A stretch of 64,000 bases of DNA from Vicugna vicugna (Eukaryota): contig MU058718.1 of the NCBI GenBank assembly GCA_013265495.1, positions 310,001-374,000 of the forward strand, given 5' to 3'. The notes beneath the pieces were generated by a model. The model was not told the DNA's origin, did no database searches, and saw nothing but the letters and a program-made list of their open reading frames with translations. Positions within the stretch are counted from its first letter, which is position 1, and each line of letters starts with the position of its first letter. Positions 1-10,069 of this stretch are shown here, one piece after another. Position numbers and translations under genes: made by a program.

Positions 1-599
1 TGAGGTCCAACCGTCCTCATTGTCCAGCAACCCAACTCCCAGGAGTCACTTTACAAATATTCCACAGTATCTGGAATAGGAGTCGCTAACTTTAAGGGGC
101 TGGCGTGAAGCGTAAGTCACAGCCTCAAGCCCCGTGTCTCTGAACGCCTACTTCTCGGAGTGGACGCATTTTAGTGCTTTTATTTGAGCAACTGACATCC
201 AGAATAAATTCTCAAACATGTTTTAAAAGACCCCCCCCAACCCCATCTAGGGCTCTGCACACTCGGACCAACATTCGGCCACACCCCACCCATCCTCTGC
301 ACAGGTCTGAGATCGTTAATGCCCAAATCTGGGCAGGGATGAGTCACTGATTTGCAAAAGCTGAGGGTCTGCGGTCTTTGCCAAGCAGGGCACATGTCCA
401 CTCAGCTTGGGGCAGCACCATTTTCTGCGGGATCAGCATCCAGAGAGCGGCTGCAGCCCCTGACGCAGCCGGCCTGGTAGCAGAACTCATTTGCACCCCA
501 CACAAGATCAGGTGGCCAACAGCCAAGTCAAGGGTCGCAGGAGCCGCCGGACAGAGTCCCGGGGCAGTGCCCGCTGTGGAAGGGGCAGGGACACCTGGT

Positions 600-1370
600 T
601 CCTCCCGCCCGAGTGGAGTGGGGGCTGGGTGTGAGGAGCGCCCGCCCACCACGCACCGCGGCGGGCCCTGGGCAGCCGGGGGCGGGAGGGCGCAAGGCCG
701 GGGCTGAGTCGCCACAGAAGGTGTCCCGTGCTCCGCCCGGCGTCCGCAGACACACCCGCCCGCAGCGAGGAAGTGCAGGTGAGTCCTGTGAAGCACTGCT
801 AACTTTCCCCGAGTCTCAGACTCTTCTCTCGCGGGCTCGAAGCCTACGGACCCGGGGCTGGAACTGGGCCCACCGCTCCGCTCCGCCTCACGCCGTCGGC
901 GCCCGGGGCCCGCTGCCCCCGGGAAGCCAGGCCCCCGCCCCCGCCCCCGCCCCCGCCCAGCCCTCCAGAGGGACCGCGCACCGAGCAGCGGCCGGAGCCG
1001 CCAGCAGGCGGGTGCCCGTGCGGGTCCCGGCGCCCCACAACACTCACCCGACGCCCTCACTCGCTCGTTTGCCGCGGGCTGGCTCCGGCAGAGGCGGTGA
1101 GGTCCTCGCCGGGCGCTGGCTCCGCGCCTCAAATACGTGCGGCCAGGCCCGCCTCTCCCGGGGCGGGGCCGCCACTCCTGCCAGCCCGGCCCCTCCCTGT
1201 GGGCCAGGTTGGGCGAGTCCCAGGCCCCGCTGGACAGCCTGGCGCCGTGGCTCCAGGGCGCAGAGGAGACGCCTGACCACGGGCAGTGGCGGGTGGGACC
1301 CCGACCCGCGGCCCCCATCTCCGCAGCGTCCAGTCGGTCCCCTCCGCGCCGTTCCCCGTCCCCACGTTCA
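600..1370 (-). promoter_or_regulatory. LGALS3: CpG-island promoter / first-intron region of galectin-3
   Basis: Very GC- and CpG-dense block with several GC boxes (GGGGCGGGGC near 1160-1169; CCCCCG array 931-958), surrounding a sequence that resembles the LGALS3 5'UTR. Confidence 0.85.
1048..1136 (-). other. LGALS3: Non-coding exon 1 (5'UTR) of galectin-3; coding exons lie beyond the left edge of the window
   Basis: Minus strand reads GTATTTGAGGCGCGGAGCCAGCGCCCGGCG...CCGGAGCCAGCCCGCGGCAAACGAGCG, resembling the recalled human LGALS3 5' end (GTATTTGAGGCTCGGAGCC...GGAGCCAGCCAACGAGCG). Candidate donors: CGA|GTGAGG (exon end 1061) and CGG|GTGAGT (exon end 1048). Syntenic with MAPK1IP1L. TSS approximate. 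Confidence 0.8.
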
Positions 1371-2034
1371 ACTGCCTCTCTCCAGATTCACCTGCTAACT
1401 CCTCAGACCAAGATAGGGAGAGTCTGCGAAGCTTCATTGTGTGCTGCTTTAGGGAGTTTTGCCTACTTGCTTGCTTTAACCGTGTGCGGGCATTCTCATC
1501 CCTTTTGCATTTACCTTACCTGAATCCGTTCTCAGCGTCAAAGCTTTGCCAAGAATTGCACAGCGACTTCGGTCACTGGGAGGGCCCTGTCAAGTTTTCT
1601 GAGATGCTGGGTGATATGCTTCATATTCTTGGCCTTGTATTCATTCCCGTTCTGAACTGTGATATGGGTACACAGACTGAGGCTACTCTGGCAGACTGGG
1701 AGCCCTAAATTGTTTTGCTGTTGCTTCCCACTGGGTTCTTAGTAAAGATTTGTTGAATGAATGATAGAAATAATGAATCACTTCCTAGAAAGACTATGTT
1801 TTTTCCAAAGATTGGAACGAGTCCTGATGAAGGAGGGAAGAGAAATATAAACGTACGTTTGGAAAAGGCAGGAGTAAAATAAAATAAATCTATGGCTCTA
1901 AGAAAGGTGGTTACAACAGTGATGCTTCCAAGAGAGATGCTATTTGTTCAGTAGGTAATTTGTTCAGTAGGTAATAACTTTGAAATAGAGCTATGGATGT
2001 ACAGATGATTTTTTTTTAAAATTCAGATAACCAT

Positions 2035-3345
2035 TCACAAAAATTAATTTGAACTGGATTAAAGACCTAAGTGTATGACCTGAAACTGTAAAGCTCCTAG
2101 AAGAAGACAGGGAAGAAGCTCCTTAACATTGGTTTTAGCAGTGATTTTTTGGGTATGACAACAAAAACACAAGCAATAAAAGCTTAAAGTAAACAAGTGG
2201 GAATACGTCAAACTAAAAAGCTTGATGCACAGCCAAGGAAACCATCAACAAAATGAAAAGGCAACCTACAGAATTGCAGAAAATATTTACAAACAATATA
2301 TCCAAATAAGAGGTTAATATCCAAAATATGTAAGGAACTCATACAGCACAATTGCTGGGGGGAAAAAACAGTTAAAAAATGGGAAGAGGAAGCAAATAGA
2401 CATTTTTCCAAAGAAGATATACAAATGGCCAACAGGTACATTAAAATGTGCTCAACATCACTAATCATCAGGGAAATGCAAATCAAAACTACAATGAGAT
2501 GCCTTCATGCCTGTTAGAATCACTGTTATAAAAAAGACAAGAGATGAGTGTTGCAGAGGATATTATAAAAAAGACAAGAGATGAGTGTTAGAGAGGATAT
2601 GGAGAGGATATGCCCTGCGGTGGGAACGTAAATTGGTGCAGCCATTGTGAAAACAGTATGGGGGTTCCACAAAAACACTAGAACTATCATATGATACAGC
2701 AATTCTGTTTCTGGCTGTATACCCAAAGGAAATTAGGTCACCATCTTGAAGAGATATCTGCCCCTCCATGTTCACTGTAGAATTATATATAATAACCAAG
2801 ACCTGGAAAGAATCTAAGTGTTCATCGATGGATGAATGGGACAAAGAAAATGTGAGATATATTTCTGTGTATCTATATCTATACACATACACACACATAA
2901 TGAAATATTATTCAGTTATAAAAATGGCAGGAAGGAAATCCTACCATTTGTGACAACATGGATGAAACTTGAGGGCATTATGCTCAGTGAAATAATTCAG
3001 AGAAAGACAAACACCATATGATCTCACTTATGTATGAATTCTAAAAATTTGAACTCATAGAAACGGAAATGTAGAAACATAGTTTGGTGGTTGCCAGAGG
3101 CTGGGGCGGGGAAAAAATGAGGAGATACTGGTCAAAGGGCACAAACTTCCAGTTACAAGTTGAATAAGTTCTGTGATCTAATGTATAGCATGTGACTATA
3201 GTTAGCAATACTTGAAAGTTGCTAAGAGAGTAGATCTTGAATATTCTCATCACGCACACACAAAAAGATAACGGTGTGAGGTAATGGATGTGGTAAGTAT
3301 TGTGGTAATCATTTCATATATATGTATATATAGTCATTATATATA
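2035..3345 (+). mobile_element. LINE-1 3' fragment (end of ORF2 plus 3'UTR), old L1M-type
   Basis: Diagnostic L1 motifs: ggattaaagacctaagtgtatgacctgaaac, aaaatgaaaaggcaacctacagaa, agacatttttccaaagaagatatacaaatggccaacag, tgtgacaacatggatgaaacttgagggcattatgct. Degenerate, no intact ORF. Confidence 0.93.
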
Positions 3346-3399
3346 AATATATTTTCATTTTTATGTATTTATAAACAAAGTTCAGATATTAGCGGCTAC

Positions 3400-3540
3400 T
3401 ATTCATCAAGCACTTATTATATGCTTTGTATTATACCTGGTGCTTTACATACATATATGGGAGGGGGTAGGTATTTTTATCCCCATTTTAAAGATGAAGA
3501 AACTGAGGCACAGAGAATTAGCTATGACCAAGATCACAAC
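3400..3540 (-). mobile_element. MIR SINE fragment
   Basis: MIR core: ccccattttaaagatgaagaaactgaggcacagaga. Confidence 0.75.
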
Positions 3541-3637
3541 ATAGATCAAATTTAAAGTATGTTAGGGTCTAAGAAATTGCCTTTGGAAATAGGATATTTG
3601 CAATTCAAAAGAATGGGGCAGAGAACAAAAGCAATAT

Positions 3638-3706
3638 AGGAAGGAAGGAAGAAATGAAGGAAGAGAGAGGAAGGAAGAAAAGAAGGAGGGAAGGAGGAAG
3701 GAAAAA
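3638..3706. repeat. Purine-rich (GGAA/GA) low-complexity tract
   Basis: aggaaggaaggaagaaatgaaggaagagagaggaaggaagaaaagaaggagggaagg... Confidence 0.8.
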
Positions 3707-3719
3707 CACCATCACCAAC

Positions 3720-4545
3720 AGGCCAACAGAAGTTGGTAGATTTAGAAGTTGGAAGGGGTCATTCAGAAAAGGAAAGAATAGTTGAACACATGGTGAAATG
3801 ATCTCTGAGAGAACAGAGGAGCAGACTTGCTCTTTTGAGTCCAGTATCTCAGTTCTGAGGGACAGTTTTCTGTCTCAAGTGGGATTCTGGGTGTGACTGA
3901 GAACATATGTGAGAAATTCTCTGTATTTGCCTGACTGTGTCTGGGAGCCTTTGGACTTTTGGCTAGAGGAGGAAAGGACTTGGTGCTAGACAGCAGGATA
4001 AGGACAAAGGACTAGGGAGGGGATGTTGGAACCAATCCCAGTCTAAATTCTTTTCTGGGTTGGACCCCAGAAACAGAGGAATGGGGCCAGAAGCTGATGG
4101 AGCTGTCCTTGTGAAAGCTTTGTGAGAAGTTGCATCAAGTGACAAAATACAGTCCTGGGGTGTGAGGCAGCAGTTCTTCCCCGTTCTGCACACACCCCGG
4201 GGCTTGAGGCTCTTTGCAGATTTCCAGAGCAGACTTCTGGGACAGACATTAGCATTCTCACCAGGGAGAACCATTGGCAGTGTCACCGGGAGTTCCTTCA
4301 AGTAGGCATTTCCCAAGGGGTGGGCAGTTGCTGCAGCTGGCACACTGGTTTGTTAGCATGAGAGGGGTCCACATAGGCCACCTCTTTGAGGACACACTGA
4401 GCAGGGGAGGGGCTCAGGAAAGACCCTGCTCTTGCAAGAACAGGACTAAGGGGAGCCTGTAAATAACCTCAGTGGGACAAAGGAGGCCTGGCTGGAACTG
4501 GCCAGCTGGTGCTTGTGATGTAACTTGGTGATACAGTTTCACGTG
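3720..4545. mobile_element. Possible ancient ERV LTR (LTR78-like)
   Basis: The terminal stretch ggcctggctggaactggccagctggtgcttgtgatgtaact...tttcac resembles old eutherian LTR ends; recalled similarity only, boundaries uncertain. Confidence 0.35.
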
Positions 4546-4999
4546 TTCTATGTTTTGGGCAATGAGTTGGCTCAGTAAACCAAAGTGGAAAATGGAAATG
4601 TGGTATCGTGGTGTAATCTCTGATACAATGTGATTGAAGGATGGAAATTTATAAAAAGTCCAAATTACATTTTAACCCCCTCCAAATATATTTAGCTATA
4701 TAAATCTATATCTTTCAATCCATCTGTCTATAAATAACTCTAAAAAATAAGATACATTAATATTTTTTAAATGTATGATTCACAATGGGCAGCAACCTTA
4801 CAATGAACTCAGGAATTACATAAAGTGACCCAGGAATTCATAAAGCTACTGAATTACATGTCAGTAGCCTGATAATGTTGGTAGCGTGGAATCCTATGAT
4901 GTCAGAGAACAGAGAATATGCGATATATAAAACTGTAATGCTCCTAAGAAAGTTGAGAGAAGCAAACATTTACATTTGGAATTTAAGTCTGACCTCCCT

Positions 5000-6365
5000 C
5001 CTTACTCTCCCCTGGCTTACCCTACCCTGGCCACAGGGGCCCCTTAACTGTTCCTCCCTGTACACAAGAGTCGCTCCAGACTTAACATCCTTGCTCAGGC
5101 TGTTCCCTATATTTGGAACTCTCTTCTCCCATTATCTACTAACTAACTTTCTCACCTCCCTCAAGTTTTTGCTCAAATAACACCTTCTCTATGAGTCTAC
5201 TATTTTACCACTCTACTTAAAATCACAACTCAAAAGTTCCCCAGTTCTAGTAAGATTTTAGGAACACATACATATTCTACTTTAAGTAAAATTTAAATTT
5301 TTAAAAATAATTCATTATTTTAATATTTAAACAATGTTTTCCATTTGGAAAGGAATTTCCCAAAGAGTATTTCATTTATTATATTTATTTTCAAAATCAA
5401 AAGGAATTCAAAAGGGGTTTGTTGCTCTTTTTGTTGGTTTTATTTTGTTTTTTGGGGGGGGGCTTGTTTTAAAATAACAAAAGACCTATAGTTAAAGAAA
5501 ATAAACCAAGGAATACATAGCAAAACAACTTTTTTTTAATCTATAAAATTTCTCTTTTTTTCTCCTTTATGTTATGATCAGAAATAAAAGTTTTTCTGTG
5601 TTCATAAAGATGTATTTCCTACCCACATCGTGGAAGGAGAAAGAGGGAAGTGAAGGGAACAGGGAAAATGAGGTATTGATGAGACAAAGATGACATGAAA
5701 AAAACGAACAAGAATTCTCAAATTTGTTCAGTCTCCTTCCTCTTTGAAAATCTGATGAAAAATATGAAAATTTTTTCACCAGAAAAAAAAAAAAACAGCA
5801 AGCATATCCATACCACTTGCCTGGATTCACAGATTCCATGAAGCACATGCATACCTCAGAACAAAAAAACGCAACCTAGAGAGACAAAAAAAAAAAAAAA
5901 GCAGAGAACCACACAGAGCTGGACACACAAAAAAAGGAGGAAGCAAAATCTAGATGCAGATTATCTGAATGGAAAACCTTTCTTGCTGCTACAAACAAAT
6001 TTTAAAACCAGGAGAATCTTCACAACTTTAGACAGGCAATAACATTTCTTATCACTTGTCTTAAAAACATTAAAAAAAAAAAAACAGTCAATTGCAGATT
6101 ACCACTCCCAAAAAAGTTTCCCAGTTCGTCATGCTGCTGATATCCTTTACGATGCTCTGATTTTTCTTTTTTCTGCAGTATCTATCAATTTCCAGCATGC
6201 TATAGAATTTTCTTGTTTCTTGTGTCTACTGTGTTTTTGTCTCTACTTGTTCCCCCTGCCTTTCTCCCACTCCCTCCCTGACTGCAGAGTTCTTTGCTTT
6301 ATTATTCACTGATGAATCCAAGAGGCATATAGTAGGCACTCAATATTTTCTAAGTAAATAAATTC
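5000..6365. mobile_element. LINE-2 3' fragment split by an 865-bp insertion (5248-6111)
   Basis: L2-like sequence on both sides: tcacctccctcaagtttttgctcaaataacaccttctctatgag...aaaatcacaac on the left; ...atagtaggcactcaatattttctaagtaaataaat on the right. Confidence 0.75.
5248..6111 (+). other. TSD-flanked, L1-mediated insertion of unidentified AT-rich sequence (retroposed 3'UTR fragment or transduction)
   Basis: 16-bp direct repeats AAAAGTTCCCCAGTTC (5232-5247) and AAAAGTTTCCCAGTTC (6112-6127), 1 mismatch; ATTAAA plus an A-run near 6069-6084; interrupts an L2. Confidence 0.6.
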
Positions 6366-9252
6366 ACAGTGTGGACACTGGAGAAGAGTCCTGTGGATGG
6401 TTTTACCACTCTCAGTGCTCTTCCCTCTAGTTAACCATTTAATGCCTCTTAAAAATGATTAAAAATTTGAGTAAAGAATTCAATTAATAGATTGATTTGT
6501 TTGTAAAATACAAATTAAAAAAACAAAACAACAACAACAAAAACTTTTTAATGTCTATTCCTCAGGGAACTAAAAGTTGACCACTTGTTTCAGATAAATA
6601 GACCTGGCCTCAAAAGCAACTCCATTATGAAGCAGTTATCAGCTAACCCTTCAGTACATTTTGCACAGAAAATTCAGATTATGTATGCTCTCATTTTAAC
6701 TTTGTCTTATCTTTTTGTTGGAGGAAATAGATAAGTATTACCATCTTGCTTTTACTGTCAGGGAAAGTGATTTACTTATACAAGCTCCTCCATGTCTAAG
6801 AACAGAATCCAGAGGTCCTGACTCTTACAGCTCATCCAGAAAAGCACTGAGCAGAGAATCCTTGCAGGGACTGGCTAATGTAAACTAGAGAGAAAGCCAG
6901 GTATAGTCCGGTTCCTAAATAATTCTTATACTCGCTAAAATAACCAGATAGTTCAGCAATTATGTAAAGGTGTTTCTTTCATCCTGTTTTTCACCGTAAG
7001 AGGGAAATGTGCACGTGAAGGCACTCACTTGATAGAACTGAGAAGGTGTCTCGCTTCCTTCAGGATACACTTGAAAGTGCCTTAGTGGCTGTACTGTTCT
7101 GTGTTGCTGTCCCCTCTAGGCTTACACACAGAAGTCTCTGGGCTGGAGATGATTCACTATGTGGCTGGGGAGCCTGGCAACCAACTTACTTGAATGGATT
7201 ATCTGTAGTAAATGACTAACCTATGAGTATTAAAAAGGAGTTACCCACAGGAACAGCCTTTATCTCTTAAGAAAATGCTGTAAATCTTAAGACTTTGAGT
7301 CATGAGGCCACATGGCCAGGAGTGGCATCACTGCCATTAGAGGACTAGCCTCTGGTAATAAGAAAAAGCAATGGCCAAAGTGGTTGTTATGGAGACAAGG
7401 GATGAGTCACCCTCTTGCTTTTCTTTCCAGTAACTTTGGGTCATCTTAGGGCTGGATAAAGCTCATGCCTTCGCTACTTAGTGGGCTCACTTACACTAAT
7501 CATGTGCTCAGACATCTTTTTGGCTTCACTTCCGTAACTGCACATCCCCACACACCACTCTTTGGTGCCAAATCCATGCCCCTTAAAGCTAACAAAAGAA
7601 TTTTGCTATGATCAGGGTGTGCCTGAGAATTTAGCATTTGTACATATGCAGTAAATGGCTCGATAGTACCCAGCCCAAAGCCTGAATTAACTCTTCCAAG
7701 ATAAGTACAAAAAGCAATCTAATGACATTGATAAAAATATCACTGAGTAACTTCTATGTACAGATCACTGTGCTATTTGAAATAAGAGACAAGCTCAGTA
7801 TTAGCCCTCAAACAACAGGTTGGTTGATTTCTACTGCTAGAGAGATTTTAAGACCCTGATATGAAAGCAAGGACCCTGGGAGAGACATCTCCGCAGGAGT
7901 GGGAGGAAGAACTCTGAGGAAACTGGCAGCATGCTGCAAGGGCCAGAGGGCATCTGGATGAGGGGAGCTTTTGGGCGACAAAGCCAGGGAAAGGAGCAGG
8001 TAGAGAAGAGAGCAAAGAGGGACTCTCCAAGGGTGAGTAAAGAAAAGAGGAAAAATAAAGTGGAGGTGAAAACAGAGCCAATTTTTTTTTAGAGCCAAAT
8101 TTCTAATAGAAAAATAGAATTGGAGAGGAAGGGTAGAGAGAGGATAATAGGAGAATTATGGACATATGGAAAGTGTGATTGAGCTGGGAACAAGCCAGAA
8201 AAGAGATGAGAAACTACCCAGAAACCAGCACGACAGAGGGCCAGATAAGGAAGAATGTCTGACAAAAGATGAAGCTCTTTTGAGATATAAACAAAAGTAT
8301 ATTGATAATAAGTCTTATAGACAGCCGAATACAGGAAGCCTGATAACAGAAGACAAACAGATCTTTCCAGTTTTCACATTTGGACCCTGGAGAACCCATG
8401 GCAGGCTTGACCGTTCTGTCTGTGTCCACAGAGAGTCAGTACTCTCAGGTAACAAGTGAGAAGCTGAGGCAGGAGTTGGAGCGTTTGGTCTGTCTGATGT
8501 CAACAACTGGACTGTGAACTTGGAAACATGTGGAACGCATGGCTGGCAGACCGGGGGACTGCAAGAGGTGCTGGGTGTTGTGGGGGCACAGTATACCCTG
8601 TCAAGCAGAGCAGTTGCCCAACGCAGAACCAAGTGGTTGTGCCTGTCTGCTGTTTCTAGTCCTGGTTATCTGCACATACTCTCTTCATTCCAGAGGCGTG
8701 TAGTGGGGGCCTAATATACGCCTCAATCATTTTGCAAAGTCCAGCCCTCAGGTTTGCGAGATGATGGCTTTGTCAAAGCCTGGTCAACAAGTGAAAGGGG
8801 GCCTGTGGCGGCGACATGCCCAATGCTGGTTTGCAAGGTGCCCCGCTATACCCTAACCAGAGCTCCTCAGGGGTGCCGTGGAGGCCATAACCTCCTTAGA
8901 AAGGAGCCCCACTCTTCTTGGATGGGGAAGCCAGCAGCACCAGGGAGAAGGTTCCCCAGTGGCCCAGCAGGTGTGAAGACCCTTCCCCAGCCCAGCCTCG
9001 CCCTGGCCACCTCGGCCATGCCTTGTCTGTCCCTGGAGCCTGACCCCAGGCCTGCCTTCTGTGCTAGCTACCACCAGAACCCCCAAGCCTGCCACAGCAA
9101 CTTCTCTATGTCCACGGGGCTTCTAGAACACCTACCGCCCCATCACAGCTGCTGCCATTACTGTTGAGAGAGCCCAGAGCCAGGGTCTGTGCATCAACCA
9201 CTAACTAAGCTGTCTCTTTGCAGGAACATCAAACAAGGAAAGGGATGGAGAG

Positions 9253-9643
9253 TGTATTCCATTTGCTAGGGCTGCTGTAACAAAGTACCACAGACTGGGT
9301 GGCATAAGCAACAGAAATGTATTTTCTCACGGTTGTGGAGGCTGGAAGTCAGATCAGGGTGTCAGCAGGATTGGTTTCTCCTCAGGCCTCTCTCTGCGGC
9401 TTGCAGACGGCCGCCTTCTCACTGTGGCCTCACACGGTCTTTCCTCTATACATGTCTTAATCCAAATTCCCTCTTCTTATAAGGACATCAGTCATGTTGG
9501 ATTAGGGCCTACCCTAAGGATCTACTTTTAACTCAGTTCCTTCTTTAAATACCTTGTCTCCAAATACAGTCACATTCTGAGGTACTGGGGGTTAGGACTT
9601 GAACATTTGGATTTTGGTGGGGGGACTAGTTCAGCCCACACCA
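9253..9643 (-). mobile_element. MaLR solo LTR (MLT1-type)
   Basis: tgtattccatttgctagggctgctgtaacaaagtaccacagactgggtggc...ttcagcccacacca, TG...CA ends, perfect 5-bp TSD GAGAG (9248-9252 / 9644-9648); sits inside an L2 fragment. Confidence 0.9.
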
Positions 9644-9978
9644 GAGAGAGAACGGGAAGGGGTGAGGAGAGGATGAGGGGTGTTATTGTAACCAATGTGG
9701 TCAGGGATCGTGTCTCCACGGAGGTGACATTTGAGCTGAGACATAGATAATGAGGAGGGGCAGCCATGTAAGGATCTGAGGAAAGTGGGACCAGCAAGAA
9801 CAACACTGAGAGCAGCAGCAGAGACAGGTGGCAGGATGGCCATCTCCTGGACGTCTTCTCCCGCCCACTTCTCTAAGAAATCCCCTCCCACCATCCTCGC
9901 AGGGGCAGCTCCCAGCAGCCACGTGGGCACTTCACGTCCTCTCGCCCCAGCTGGAGCTGACAGGATCAGGAGTGAACC

Positions 9979-10069
9979 TTTTTTCTTTTTTTAGTAGAGG
10001 TGCTGGGATTGAACCCAGGACCTTGTGCATGCTGAGCATGTGCTCTACCACTGAGCTATACCCGCCCCC
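9979..10069 (-). mobile_element. tRNA-derived SINE (camelid Vic-1-like), short form
   Basis: Reverse complement of ggggcgggtatagctcagtggtagagcacatgctcagcatgcacaaggtcctgggttcaatcccagcacc plus A-tail; TSD AGGAGTGAAC at 9968-9977 and 10071-10080. Confidence 0.92.

Noticed and set aside
344..1708. Long overlapping ORFs (324 aa, 261 aa and others) at the left end
   Set aside because: Expected in a stop-poor CpG island; Arg/Gly/Pro/Ala-biased with no recognisable domain. The region is the LGALS3 promoter, exon 1 and intron 1.
8166..9167. 97-aa and 137-aa ORFs and a GC-richer stretch (8640-9180) that might be a decayed retrocopy
   Set aside because: No recognisable protein in the frames I translated, and no TSD or poly(A) found. 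A TBLASTX search would be needed to revive it.
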